A stretch of 64,000 nucleotides of DNA from the human T2T-CHM13v2.0 reference genome, Homo sapiens (GCF_009914755.1 NC_060932.1); one strand, 5' to 3'. Counted from the first letter of the stretch, positions 10,102 to 24,441 are shown. Program-made: numbers and translations. The notes: generated from the sequence alone by a model not told the origin.

Positions 10102-13042
10102 GAATGCATTTGTTAGAGTGGGTCACCAGAACCACACTGGAGGCAAGAGTGGGTAGGGAGACCAGGTGTCAGCACAAGGAGGCATCCATTAGAAAGTCCA
10201 CACACACGCCACACTGTGGACGCATGGCCGAGAGCGTGGATCCTGGCAGAAAACAGCCCCTTTTCAGAAGAGGGTGTGAAGAAGGCTGCATCCCTCGTTG
10301 GTATTATAGGTATACCGAAATGATAGGTAACATTTAGGTATGAGAGACTGGGAAGCCCAGCGAGGATCGAAGGGCTGGAAGGAAGAATGGTGTCCCAGTA
10401 AGAGTGTACGAGCTGGGAGGGGCCGCAGCAGCCCCTCCCCAGACGCCAGCGACTCTCCGGCCAGGCAGGAACCTTTCATCAGATACACTGGGTAGGGCTG
10501 ATTATGGAGGAGGAACGGGAAGTTCTACCAGGAGTCGCTGTACTGTATTCACGGCTCTTGTTATATGATTTATGCTGGCATTATCTAAACTGAGAAGCGG
10601 ACAATCCTTTATTCAAAGGCGAGCTCCCTCTATTTTGTGTTGCCGCTCATGGAGTCCTAAGGTCGGAGCCCCATAGGAGCTGCCAGCAGAGTCCCAATGG
10701 AGGTGAGCGGCTCATTTCAGCTCGGGTGAGTTCCACGTTATTTGACTGTGCCAACCGATGAGCTCTTCTCCCAGTTTTAAGGAATTACTTGAAAAGAGCA
10801 GTTGAGATCTTTTAAAAGGTGAAGCATAATTATTTCAAACTCACAGTGTTTCTCGAACCATAATTTTACTGGCCATTTTCTATTCAAATTAGAACAACAA
10901 ATCCTTTTAGTTGCACATGAAGTGATTTCACAATAGCACCTTCTCTGTTGGGTCTAGTCTTCCTCATTAAAAAGCTAAGGTTAGAGGAGTTCCTCCTGCA
11001 GATCTTTTTTCCCTGCGAAGTTCTCATGTCTTTACCCTTCTTTTCCACCACAAATGAGGCTTCTGTGGGTGGAGATGGGGCAGTATTTCTAGGACTGTGC
11101 TTCCTCCCAGAATTGAAGCATTGAGGGAGGGACTGTCTGGAACAGTCGCTGAGGCCTGGAGAGGTCTCCTCTGCAAGGAAGCCCCTGGGCGGGGCTCCTC
11201 CTGACAGGAGTTTCAGGTGCACAGAACTGCCTGCCTCCTGGGTAAATGTGGTTCCCCAAGGGTGGTGTATGCTAGAGTCGAAGCTTTTCAGACTCTTTCG
11301 GAGGGCTGCAGAGTGTGGAGAATGTGGAACCGGTGGCTGAGAGAACCGCCCACAGCCAGAGCCAAAACAGCATGTCCTCTGGAACTGGAAAAGCAGAGGG
11401 CTTCAGAGAAACTGCTGTTAGCAGCTGGGGATTAGAATTGGGGAAGAAAGCCAGAGGAAAGATGGTTGAGTGGCAGGTGTACGGATGAGGGACTTTGATG
11501 TTTCCATGTTCCCAGAGGAGTGTATGGTGCCAGCCTGTTTTTCTCCAAGCCCCCAGGAGATACTAATGCGACCATCACGCCTCAAGAACCTGGGGTGCTG
11601 GTGACATTGCTCCTCTGGTGACCCTTCCACATGTGTTAACAAAGAGATTTCTAGGACATCTGAGTCTAAGGAAAACAAAAGAAAGAACCTGCCGATATGG
11701 GTTAGGGCAGTGATAAGAGCAGAGCTAAGTGCTGGCTCTGAGCACAGCATGCATTTCTGCTTGAGTCTCCCCAAGCCAAGTGCCTACAGAACCAGGCTGT
11801 GCTTCAGGATGGGAAAGCCATATTTTAGAAAGTACCTAAAAGCTCAAACTGTGGTTTTGCTGCAATTGTTCGAGGTGTCTGGCCATCAGCAGCACAGGTG
11901 ATCGTGGCTTGGCAGCGGTAGACAGAGGCAGTGTCTTGGGTGTCCGACGCTAGGATCCGCCGTGTGCACCGCTCCTGCACACCGTTTGGCAGGGAGCGAG
12001 AGGAGGCCTGGACACGACAGATTTTCTTTTGTATCAGTAGCAACAGGAACTGCCACCTCAGCCCACCAAATTAGGAAAAACAGACATTTGGCAGGGATGA
12101 TATAGTCCAGAGAAACAGGTGCAGCACTCCTGGGGACTCCAGAATATTTAGGAAGAATTTGAAAGGATGTGGATTTCCAGCAGCATCAGCCAATGCCAGC
12201 TGAATTGGGTCTTATTTTACCCACAGGCCATGGGGCTGGTTTGGGGGCCCAGCACCCCCGTATCCTCACAGCTCTCCTCAGTTCCCCAGTATGGGTGCAG
12301 CATTGATGGCAAGCAACAGCAAGTAGGGGGTTTAACTCTGGACCCAGGTCGGCATGTGAATGGCAAGAAGGTGCAGAGGGGATATTTACAGATCATCAGC
12401 ACCAAGTTAGAATATATAAGATCAGGTAGACAGCAGGGAAGAGCCATTGGTTTAGTAGTGTATGTGAAGACTGATATAAAATTGGTACTTGTTTGCTTAA
12501 TTATAAAATTGACACATTTTATAAACTATAACTTCAGGAAGCATAATGCAAAATGACAATTGTCAGACCACTTAAATTGGTCATTTTCTTACTTTAATTT
12601 ACAGAAATAGTATTTTTTTTATTATGGAATGATGTAATGGACTTTCTCTCACTTTTCAACTTTAGAAATCATTATCTTCTGAAAGGATAATATAGAAATA
12701 ATCTGAGGTCCTGGATGTGTTTTCACCATGGCACAAAATAACGAGAAATGGTTTGTGAATTACTTTATGTAATTCAGATTGTAAAGTTATGTTTCCCCTG
12801 AAATCTGTGGTTGAATCTGTATTTCCTCAGACATTGTAAGTGGATTCTAAAGGGGTAACTCTTAAAAACACAATACATTTACTAATTACTAATCACTGAC
12901 AATATTTACGTAGATCTAAAAAATTCACACTTTTTAATATTGTTGTTATAATTTTTGATGTTGCTAAAGGTTTTTAAGGAGTATTAATGTGAAACACACG
13001 TCTCTTTCTTTTTTAACTTTAGGAATACAAAGTGCAGCATAT

Positions 13043-16000
13043 CTATTTTAATTTTAATCTTAATTTTAGATTCAGGAGGTACATGTGCAGGTTTGTTACA
13101 AGGGCATATTGCGTGATGCTGAGGTTTGGGCTTCTTTCCATCACCCAGATAGTGAACATAGAACCCAATAGATAAATTTCCAGCCCTTGCCCCCTTTTTC
13201 CCTCCCACTTCTGGTAGCCCCCAGTGCCTATTGTTCCCATCTTTGTGTCTATGTGTACCCTATATTTAGCTCCCACTTGTAAATGAGAACATGTGGTATT
13301 TCATTTTCTGTTCCTTTGTTAATTCACTTAGGATAATGGGCTACAGCTGCATCCATGTTGTTCCAAAGGACCTGATTTCATTCTTTTTTATGGCTGCAGG
13401 GTATTCCATGGTGTATGTATACCACATTTTCTCTACCCAATCTACCATTGATTGGTATTTAGATTGATTCCATGTCTTTGCTACTGTGAATAGTTCTGTG
13501 ATAATATATGAATGCAGGTTTCTTGTTGGTAGAATGATTTCTTTTCCTTTGGGTGTATACTCAGTAATGAGATTGCTGGGTCGACTGGAGTTCTATTTTT
13601 AGTTCTTGAGGAATCTCCAAATTGCTTTCCACAGTGGTTGAACTAATTTATATTCTCACTAACAGTGTGTAAGTATTCCCTTCAACATAGCCTTGCCAAC
13701 AGCTATTATTATTGTCTTGTTAATAATAGCTATTCTGACTATTATGAGATGGTATCTCATTGTGGTTTTGATTTGCATTTCTCTGATGATGAGTGATGTT
13801 GAGCACTTTTTCATATGTTTGTTGGATAGTTGTTTGACTTCTTTTGAGAAGTGTATGTTTGTGCCCTTTGCCCACTTTTTAATGGGGTTATTTTTCTCTT
13901 GTTGATTTGTTTAGGTTTACTATAGACTCCAGATATTAGTCCTTTTTTGGATGCATAGTTTGCAAATATTTTGTCCTATTCTGTAGATTTTCTGTTTAGT
14001 CTGTTGATAGTTTCTTTTGCTGTGCAGAAGCTCTTTAGTTTAATTAGACCCCAGTTGTCAATTTTTGTTTTTGATGCAATTGCTTTTTAGGACTTCGTCA
14101 TAAATTCTTCCTCAAGGCCAATGTCCAGAATGATATTTCTTGGATTTTCTTCCAGGATTTTTATAGTTTGAGGTCTTGCATTTACACTGTTAATACATCT
14201 TGAGTAAATTTTTTATCTGGGTGAGAGATAAGGGTCCAGTTTCATTTTTCTGTGTATGGTTAGCCAGTTTTCTCAGCACCATTTATTGAATTGGGAGTTG
14301 TTTCCCCATTGTTTATTTTTGTCAACTGTGTTAAAGATCAGTTGGTTGCAGGTGTATGGATTTATTTCTGAGTTCTCTATTCTGTTCAATGGTTCTATGT
14401 TTCTGCTTTTGTTAACAGTACCATGTTGTTTTTGTTAGTATAGCCTTTTAGTATAGTTTGAAATCGGATAATACGATACCTTCAGCTTTATTCTTTTTGC
14501 TTAGGATTCTTTGGCTATTCAGGCCCTTTTTTGGTTCCATATAAAGTTTAGTTTTTTTGATTCTGTGAAAATGATGGTGGTGGTTTAACAGAAATAACAT
14601 TGAACCTGCAGATAGCTTCGGGCAGTATGGACATTTTAATGATATTGATTTTTCTAATCCATGAGCATGGACTGCTTTTCCACTTCTTTGTGTCACTATG
14701 ATTTCTTTCAGCAGTGTTTTGCAGTTCTCCTTGTAGAGATCCTTCACCTCTTTGGTTAGATGTATTCCTATGTATTTTATTTTTTATTGTCATTATAAAT
14801 GGGGTTACTTTCTTGATTTGCCTCTCTGTTTGAAAGTTTTTGGTGAATAGAAATGACACTGATTATTGTACATTGATTTTATAACCCAAAACTTCACTGA
14901 AGTTGTTCATCAGTTCTGGGAGCCTTTTGGCAGAATCTTTAGGGTTTTCTAGGTATAAAATCACACATCAATAAAGAGGGATAATTTGACTTCCTCTTTT
15001 CTAATTTGGATCTTTTTTACTTCTTTCCTTTTTCTGATTCCTCTGGCTAGGACTTCTAATACTATATTGAATAGGAGTGGTGAGAGTGGACACCTTTGTC
15101 TTGCTCCTGTTTCTGAAAGGAATGCTTCAAGAATTTGCCCATTCAGTATGACGCTGGCTGTGGGTTCGTCATAGATGGCTCTTATTATTTTGAAGTATGT
15201 TCCTTCAATATCTAGTTTGTTGAGGGTTTTTATCATGAAGATTTGTTTGGATTTTATCAAAAGCCTTTTTTGGCATGTATTGAGATGATCATTTGTTTTT
15301 TGTTTTTAATTCTGTTAATGTAGTGAATCACATTTATTGATTTGTGTAGGCTGAACAAACTTTGCATCCCGAGAATAAAGACTACTTGAGTGTGGTGAAT
15401 TAACTTTTACATGCTCCTGAATTTGGTTTGCTAGTATTTTGTTAAGGATATTTTTGTCTATGTTTCTCAGGGATATTGCCCTGTTGTTATCATGTGTCTT
15501 TGCCACATTTTTGTATCAGGATGATACTGCTTTCATAGAATGAGGTAGGGAGGAATCTCTCCTTGTCGATTTTTTAGAATAGTTTCAGCAGGATTGGTAC
15601 CAGCTCTTCCTTTGTATGTCTAGTAGAATTTGGTTATGAATCCATCTGGCCTTGGGCATCTTTTTGGTTATTGGTAGGTTTTTAAATTACTGATTCAATT
15701 TCCTTATTTGTTATTGGTCCATTTAGAGTTTCTGTTTCTTTATGGTTCAATCCTGGGAGGTTGTATGTTTCTAGGAATTTATCCATTTCCTCTAGATTTT
15801 CTAGTTTGTGCACACAGAGATGTTCATAAAAGCCTCTGAAGATCTTCTGTATTTCTGTGGGATCTACTGTAATGTCACCTTTATCTTCTTCATTGTGCTT
15901 ATTTGGATCATCTCTCTTTTTTCTTTGTTAATCTATCTAGTGGTTCAGCAATCTTGTTTATTCTTTCAAGGAAGCAACTTTTTGTTTCACTGATCCTTTG

Positions 16001-16369
16001 TTTGTTTTGGGGGGTCTCGATTCATTTAGCTTGGCTCTGATTTTAGTTATTTCTTTTGTTCTGATAGCTTTGGGATTAGTTTGTTTTTGTTTTTCTAGTT
16101 CTTTTAGGTGGATGTTAGATTGTTTATTCGAGATCTTTCTATCTTCTTGATGTAGGAATTTAGTGCTGAACTTTTGTTTTAACATTGCTTTTGCTGCATT
16201 CCATAGATTTTGGTATGTTGTGTCTCAGTTTGTATGCTTCTAAGAGTTTTTATTTCTTCCTAAATTTTATTATTCATCCAAACATCTTTCTGGAGCAAAT
16301 AGTTTAATTTTCATGTAGTTGTGTGGCTTTGATAGTTCCTCTTGGTATTGATTTCTGTTTTTATTGCAG
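13043..16369 (-). mobile_element. 5'-truncated L1 (L1PA16/L1PB4-like), 3.3 kb, dead ORF2
   Basis: L1 3' UTR at left end; ORF-track fragments with RT motifs ([38 protein letters not shown]); degenerate TSD AAAGTGCA at 13029 and 16370. Confidence 0.95.
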
Positions 16370-16619
16370 AAAGTGCAATATTTTTTAGTTGAATCACACT
16401 TCGGCTAGCTTACAAGGCAACTAATCAATGAGGTAGGATTAGAAATGTGTTTGCTCAAAAGGGAGATTATATTACAAACCTAACATTTGAAAGCTTCATC
16501 ATAAACCTCATCTCATCACGTGATAAAACATTTGAAAGTGTAGCCACTGAAAAAATTCTAGAATACATCATAATACATAAAAGTACATTGTTAAAAATTA
16601 ATGTTTATGATAAAAATAA

Positions 16620-17170
16620 TTTTTGATGGATTATACATCTAAACATGAATTTAAAGCTTTAAAATCTCTAGGTGAAAAGGGAAGAAAATGTCTTTGCAAC
16701 TGTGAAGTATGCAATGATTTCTTAGCAAGAATACAAAAGCGCTAGATTTAAAATTTAAATAAGATTATTAATTGGCCTCTATCAAAATTAAAAATCTCAG
16801 CTCATCAGAAACATCATTAAGAAAATGAAAAGACTATGCACAGATGGAAGAAATTTATTCATATGGTAGAGAGGACATGTATTCAAAAATAAAGCCTCCT
16901 ACAAATCAATAAAGACAAACAACCTAGTAAAAAATGGGCAAAAAGCGTGAATAGACAATTCATAAAATATGGGAATGGGCAATAAGCACATGAAAAGATG
17001 CTCACCACTATCAGGATGTATGAGGGAACTTCTTGGTGTGATGAAAATACTCTATATCTTGATTGGAATGGTGGTTACACAGGTATATATATATTTATCA
17101 AAACTCATCCAACTATACATGTAAGTTCTGTGCATTTCACTGTATATAAATTTTAACTCAATAAAAAGTA
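16620..17170 (+). mobile_element. Old L1M (L1MC/ME-type) fragments
   Basis: tacaaatcaataaagacaaacaacctagtaaaaaatgggcaaaa; aaactcatccaactatacatgtaagttctgtgcatttcactgtatataaatt. Confidence 0.7.
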
Positions 17171-17339
17171 ATGACATTTCTAAACAGCAAAAACTATTGA
17201 TATGCGTTATTTCAACTTTTCCCAAGTATATCTATTAAACTATGAAAAAGGTTGAAAACACAATTGGTATATTCTTGAGCTCAGGTTTTATTGAAATAGG
17301 AGGTCTCTAAAATACCCTCAGGAGGGACTGGAAGAAGAC

Positions 17340-17692
17340 TGCATTAGTTCGTTTTCATGCTGCTGATAAAGGCATATCTGAAACTGGGACCAAAAAGAGG
17401 TTTAATTGGACTTACAGTTTCACATGTCTGGGGAGGTCTCAGAATCACGGTGGGAGGCGAAGGCACTTCTTACATGGTGGCAGCAAGAGAAAAATGAGGA
17501 AGAAGCAAAAGCGGAACCCCCTGATAAAACCATCAGATCTCATGAGACTTATTCACTATCATGAGAATAGCATGGGAAAGATCAGCCCCCATGATTCAGT
17601 TACCTCTACCTGGGTCCCTTCCACAACATGTGGGAATTCTGGGAGATATAATTCAAGTTGAGATCTGGTGGGGACACAACAAAACCATATCA
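17340..17692 (-). mobile_element. THE1 (THE1C-like) solo LTR
   Basis: TG...CA ends, THE1 text, perfect 5-bp TSD AAGAC (17335-17339 / 17693-17697). Confidence 0.93.
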
Positions 17693-17699
17693 AAGACTA

Positions 17700-17920
17700 A
17701 CACCCGTTAAGCATCTATGCACCAAGCACTGTGGTAGAAATTTTACAAATATTGTTGTATGTAGTATCTACAACAACCAAGTGGAGTTTGTTTAGTTATC
17801 CTCCATCTGTAGATAAGAAATCTGAGTTATGGAGATGAAGTAAATTGCCAAAGGCTACACAGTGAAAAAGAGGGAGAAGTAGAATTCAACCTCAGATTGG
17901 CTTGCTTCAGAATCTCTCTT
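17700..17920 (-). mobile_element. MIR SINE
   Basis: atctgtagataagaaatctgagttatggagatgaagtaaattgccaaaggctacacag. Confidence 0.7.
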
Positions 17921-18001
17921 CTTTCTACTATCATGCCCCAACTCATCAATATTTGCAGAAAGTCTGTGTCCCAGAAGAAACTGGTTTATGTAGAAAAAAA
18001 A

Positions 18002-18064
18002 ATATATGTATACATATATGCATGTGTGTGTATGTGTGTGTATATACACACACACATACATACG
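18002..18064. repeat. Mixed TA/TG/CA alternating purine-pyrimidine microsatellite
   Basis: Read directly. Confidence 0.9.
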
Positions 18065-18463
18065 TGGATTTACTTCTGCCTCTGCCACCCCTGAAACAGC
18101 ATGACTAATCCTCCTCTTCCTTTTCCTCCTCAATCTACTCAGTGTGAAGAAGAGGAAGATGAAGACCTTTCTGATGATTCACTTCTACTTAAGGCATAGT
18201 AAATATATTTTCTCTTCCTTATGATTTTTTAATAATATTTTCTTTTCTCTAGCTTACTTTATTGTAAGAATACAAGATACAATACATATAACGTACAAAA
18301 ATATTTGTTAATTGATTGTTTATGTTATTGGTAGACCTTCTGGTCAACAGTTAAGATATTAGTAGTTAAATTTTGGGGGAGTCAAAGTTGTATGTGGATT
18401 TTCGGTTGCTCAGGGGCTGATATTTCACATTGTTAACCTTCACATTGTTCAAGGGTGAACTAT
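18058..18463. mobile_element. Tigger2a/MER28-type DNA transposon, left terminus missing
   Basis: ctgcctctgccacccctgaaacagca...gaagatgaagacctttctgatgattcacttc; right TIR-like ttgttcaagggtgaact. Confidence 0.8.
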
Positions 18464-18829
18464 ATGTGTCTGAGTGTGGATGTGTTTGTCCGTGTGTGTG
18501 TGTATACTCTTACAGGGCTTTCTTTTCTTTCTTCTTGATCACAGTGGGAGGAAATTAAAGATATATCCATCTGTTCTTAATGCACAAATTTGAAGCCAGG
18601 TTTAAAAAGTTTGGGAAAGATTAAGACAAGGAAATTTGAAACAGCATTATCACTCAAAGGCATACTTCACATATGTGTCAATATGTTCTCTTAGTTGTCT
18701 CCCTTATAATCTTGTAGGGCAGGCTCACTTTGCCCAATATATTCTTTAAATTTTTTGTTGGTGCTCCTCAAAGCTCTATTTTCCGTGTGTGCTTTTAATT
18801 CTGGCTGAGGCCAGTCTCCAGTCGCTGTT

Positions 18830-20430
18830 GAGCTCCATGATGCTTCAGAAACCTCAAGCTCAATATGTTTGAAACTGAACTCATAGAGTTTTCCTAAAAT
18901 GTGCACATTTCTTTATACTTTCTACTTAGAGAATGGCACTATGGTTTCTTCCTTGGCTGTGGATCAGTTGGTTTCTGGGCTCTATGATTTTACTTTGTTA
19001 AGTAGTGTTCATTTTATATTTTCCTCCTGCTCCTAATTGCTACAGTCTTATTGAAAGCCGTCACCATGCCTTTCCTAGACTCCCCATCAGAGTCAACAAC
19101 AGTGGCTTCCCTACTGTACATCAAAGGTTTCTGCACTGAGGCAGTTGCAAGGTCCTCCTTCTTGCCCCCTTTGTCTCATTTTGCACCTTGGACACCACAC
19201 TTATAATAATTTCTGCTACTGCACTACCTGCTCAGGCCCCATTTCCTGTGCTGGCTCTCATTCTTCTGCCTGACTTCTAATGTTAGGTTGATATGTCCTG
19301 GTCTCAGCCTTTTGTGTTCTTTGCTGGTCTCTATGTACTATACCATCAGGTAATCCCATTTAGACTTTTGGTTTTAAATATGATATTACATTGGTAATTT
19401 CCAGGACTTATATCTATGAATAATGAAGTAATATCTGTGAATAATAAATGCCAGGTCTTGCATCTCCATCTACAGCTCTGGCCTCTGTACTGAGCCTCAG
19501 GTGACTGTTTCATCTCCATTTGATTGTTTAATAAGGCATTTCAGATTTGACTGTCCAAAGTAAAACCCTTGGTCTAGACACCATGGCATACAAGAAAGAC
19601 ACTAGATTCAATTTGTTGTCAGTCTCTCCTTTACCAGTTGCCTAGGTGGAAAATCTAGTAGCCACTCTTGTTTTTTAAACATACTTTCCTCCCAATGCTA
19701 AAAATGGTATTTTGTCAGTTGTATAGCCAACTTACAAAATTTGATCCCTACCACTACATGTGTTCAATCTTTTGTTATCGCTCTCATGGAGAACTGCAAT
19801 AACTTCCTAATTCTACTTGCTTGCACTTTTGATAACTTCAGAGTCCTTATTCCACAGAACAGCTAGAAACATCTTTTAACCATGAAAACCAGATTGTCAT
19901 GATTCTGTTGAAAACTCATATAAAGCTTCCCCTCATGCTCAAAATAAAACCCAATCCATATCCCTACTGCCTCTACAAGTAGGAGTTGTTCTCTACTGAC
20001 TTCTCTGAGTACATTTTCTATCAGCCTCCTCCCTCTCCCTGTCTCACTTGCTCAGCTGAATTCATGGCATTCTCTTCTGTTTCCAAGCATTTAGAGCACC
20101 CTTCCTTGCTGTTCTTGTTGTTTGGAACTTTCCTCACATTGATATTATGTTTGAATTTGGTCCTTCTTGCAGGCTCTGCCCAAATGGACCCTCCTCAGAG
20201 ATGCTGTTTCTTAGACTCTATCTAAATTAGCAGTCCTCCAACACTCTTTCTCCTTGGTTTATTTTATTTGTAGCATATTTCTTTACTGGAAGTTATATTA
20301 TAATTTATTAGATTACTTGAGTTCAATTAGATAAAAAACTTTGTCTTGTTAACCTTCTGTATTCACATCATAATAAGCCCTGGTGTGTAGTATACATACA
20401 CAAAAAGTCTTTGAATGAATCAATGGATTG
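18830..20430 (+). mobile_element. L2 LINE fragments including a 3' end
   Basis: cctcaagctcaatatgtttgaaactgaactc; terminal ttgtcttgttaacc...ttgaatgaatcaatg; boundaries approximate. Confidence 0.7.
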
Positions 20431-23042
20431 ATGAGTTACTACTATCTGTGCAGTGAGCCTGCCAGATATCCAACGGGCATTGAGAATTTACAAAGTATAT
20501 TGGCTTTCACCCTGCTGATAGAGCAATATCCATAAAAACTAATATCTGTAAATGATAAACACCAGATATATATTCAAAAATGCACTAATCATTTCAATCC
20601 CTAACTTTCCATTTTGTGATAGATAGAAATACGACAATCAGTTATCCTTTGGTATTTTTTAAGTCCACAAAATTCTTGGAAATAAAAATTGCAGTAGGGT
20701 GTGACATACAGTAGCCACTCATATAAATAGCTGTTACTTTGAACCATACCTTGCAAAATTTTTCACCCTAGTGTGTCATTTGATGATGCACAGATACCCC
20801 GTTTCTAGATTAGAAAATAAACTCCCCAGTTTTGTTGCTGGACTTGAAATCACTTGGTGATTATTATTGCAAACTTGGTATTCAAACTTTGTGTTCTTTC
20901 CTTAATTTTTTGAAAGCTTGTGACATATGTGCAAGTTATGAAGCCCTTAGTACTGTACCCTAAAATGACAGGCTAAAAAAGCCTTGCCAATATATGCATT
21001 GTTTTAGCGAATGCACATTACTGTGGCTCTTGAAACAGTTACAAAGTGTTTCACTTTATGATTTCAGTTTTTGATGAAATATTTATCAACATTTTTATTA
21101 GTCTGAATGAAGGGTCGTGAATTTTGGACAATGAGCTAACCCTTTCTTTTCCTCCTAATAAGCCATAAGCACTTTATCTCTTGTATGAAAAATTCAATTA
21201 ATTAAAAGTTAAAACAAACTATTTCAGTATATTCCCATTAGATATGAAGGAGCAAAATTTTTTATATTTACTTTTTAAATGAATTAAAGATTATATTTTA
21301 CAAAATAATATGAGTGAGTTTGCAGCCTCTGTATGCATTGATAGCATAAAGCACTGCAAAAAGGGTGTGCTATTTCCATGAGCAATTCTACATAAAATCT
21401 CAGATCAAAGATATTTTAGTGATAACTTCAATGATACTTCACTACACTCACCAAAAGGCCTACACTCACCAAAAAATGCTGCTACAAAGTCAAACTGTAT
21501 TTTAATGATCAAGGGAAGTTAGTTTTAATGAAGTTCACTGAAGGAAGCCCTTCAAGTCCCCTAATATGATTATATACTCTGATGACTGAACTCCAATAGA
21601 CATGTCTTCATAGAGTTTTGCTAAAAATGGCTGAACATAGTTCCTTACCTTTCACAGATGTCTAATGTACAATCAGAGATTAACTGAAAAGTAAAGGAGA
21701 ACAGTAATTGGGTTAAATTGGTAACAAGTGGTATAATGCATAAAATAATTTAAAGCTTCCTATATATAACATTTTGAAGAACACTTAAATTTTAATAACA
21801 CTATTATTATAAGAAAAAATAAAGGCATAGGGGAGACAAATGCTGTTTTCCTTACCTCAGCACATTTAGACAAAATCCAGACTTGAAGGAACACCTCCTA
21901 CATTTTATTAGCCCTCATCAACAAATGTAAGTAAAAATTATCCATTGTGGAATTAAGCATAAGGAAATTTGTCTTGGTTTATGTGAGTAGCTCAAAGCAA
22001 AGTTAGACCTGTAACCTCTGATTCCCAACTTTCAGTCCTAATCTTGAGGTTACATTTCTTCCCCATTCTATGAAATAAAAGTCTTACTTAAAAGATTAAC
22101 AGTTTATAATTAAATGGTACAATATGCACCATATATTACAATATGCAGTTCTGGGATTTGTTGTTCCATTTCTGTGTTTAGGCATTCTGCTTCTACTGGA
22201 GGGCACTCTGCTGGAATATGTGAGGGATGAAGACAGTGAAAGAATACCAAGCGGGAAACTGAATCAATGCATGTGCCATCTTGGAAACCAAAAATTAAAA
22301 GATCAGCTTGCTGGAGATATTTAATCAATCTTGCTGTGCATATTAAATGTGCATTCAAAGAAAAATGTGTTTTAATTACAGTTTAAATGCATTCTGAATG
22401 CTAATATGACAAGGATTGAAGCACTTTATTTTGTTTAGACCAATATTTTACAGTTAGCACATTGCTTGCAATGGAGTATTTAAAAAGTTACTTCAGCGAA
22501 AAGTTTTATAATTTCATCAAGAAAGAAGGAGCCAGATAAGAAAGACAACTGGTTTCTTTATTTAATAAAGAGCCTTAAAGAAGTCTTAACCTCCAAAGTC
22601 TCCATTTTCTAGAAATTTGCTTAATTTGCTTGATGCTTGGCTGTCATTGTGCATCTCCTCAGAGGGCTGAGCGCCACCTCCACCCACTTTGATGCCATGC
22701 AAAGGTTCTTCTTTCTGGCTGCCTGTTAATAAAATTATCTCCACCAATTGGACTATAAATATCCTAATGGCAGGGATATATGCATCCCCACTAGTGCTTG
22801 GAACAGTATATTGCACAGTCGGAGTGGTCTGTAACTGTTGACTGAACAGCCTCTATTCTGGCTGGCTTTCTTAGATATGGACACATTCCCTGAGAACAGT
22901 GTCTGTGGCACCCCACTTTAGTTTGAATGGAAACAGTGCAGACAACAGGGGCTTTATATTCTGTCTCAGCTCTTTGATTTTAACACCTGCTCTGTAATGT
23001 TAAATGCTATCCTATTTCCAGACCCAGGTCTATATATATTCC

Positions 23043-23090
23043 GTGTGATGTGGTGTGTTGTGGTGTGGTGTGGTGTGGGGTTGGGTGTGG
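23043..23090. repeat. (GGTGT)n simple repeat
   Basis: Read directly. Confidence 0.85.
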
Positions 23091-24136
23091 AGGGTAGCAT
23101 GTAACAGAGGTAAAGCACAATACTTAAGGCCTTAAATTAAAGAGGGATAACGCTATAGTGATCTTGGTTCATGGTAGGGAATGAGGTAGCCAGGGGAGTA
23201 AGGCTTAGTCTAGAAATACTAAAACCTCAAAATACTTATACACATTCACCAATAATTAGAAATGAGTGTGGATTCATGGAAGAACACTAAATCATACCTT
23301 TCAGTTCAGTGTTATAGATGCAAAGGTAGAAGACTGACTTATTTTGAGGCAATTCTGTCTTTGGCAAATATTTTAGCAATATTTTCTCTAGATGGCAAGC
23401 AAAACTATTGTTATGCAAACACTTACTCTGTAATTACCTAAAATTCCATACCTCTTTGCATGTTTTTGTGATTGAGTGTATATGCGTGAATATATATAGT
23501 AATAATACTTTAGAAAATTGTCTATGATTAACATAATATTAATTGCTTGTGTCTTCCTGTACTTAACTATACAGAAATTACCTTCAACTACTGATCTTGT
23601 TACATAAAACTATCTTACTATGTTATAATGTATTTGCAATACCAGAGAGTTTTCTGTAGTTTCTGGCAACAGCTTGAGAAAATTTAGCCAAGGTAATGTT
23701 TTATTTTGTTGTCTTTTTTTTCTTTCATGTGATGAAACTTATAAAGATATATTGCCCTCCCTGGAGTGAAGTTCAAAAACCATTCCGGGCTTTGGACCAT
23801 CTGATAAAAGTTAATACTGCACTTCAACTGAAAGTTTAGCAGGGTTTATTTCCATAAGAGGGAAGAAATAGAAGGGAAATGAAAGAACACTGTAGTTGAA
23901 CATTATATCTTCAATTAGGCATAGAGTGAAGAGTACAGTAAAATAAATATTACTGCTAAAGCTATTCTTTTTTGTATGTGTAGGTCTCAGATTTCAAAAT
24001 TTTATTTTAAATAAATAACATATAATTTAATGCTTTCAACATGTTAGGTGGACTTGGGCTCTTTGATAATTATCCCTATGTTATTAAAAATGCATCTCCT
24101 GTCTCTGCCTCTGAAGCTTATTGCATCTCTGTTTTT

Positions 24137-24441
<305 letters not shown>

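Noticed and set aside
9643-10337. Chain of + strand ORFs (97, 95, 124 aa)
   Set aside because: No recognisable protein, non-ATG starts, and the last overlaps a MER20
14448-16185. Reverse-transcriptase-like ORFs
   Set aside because: Frameshifted pieces of one dead, 5'-truncated L1 ORF2
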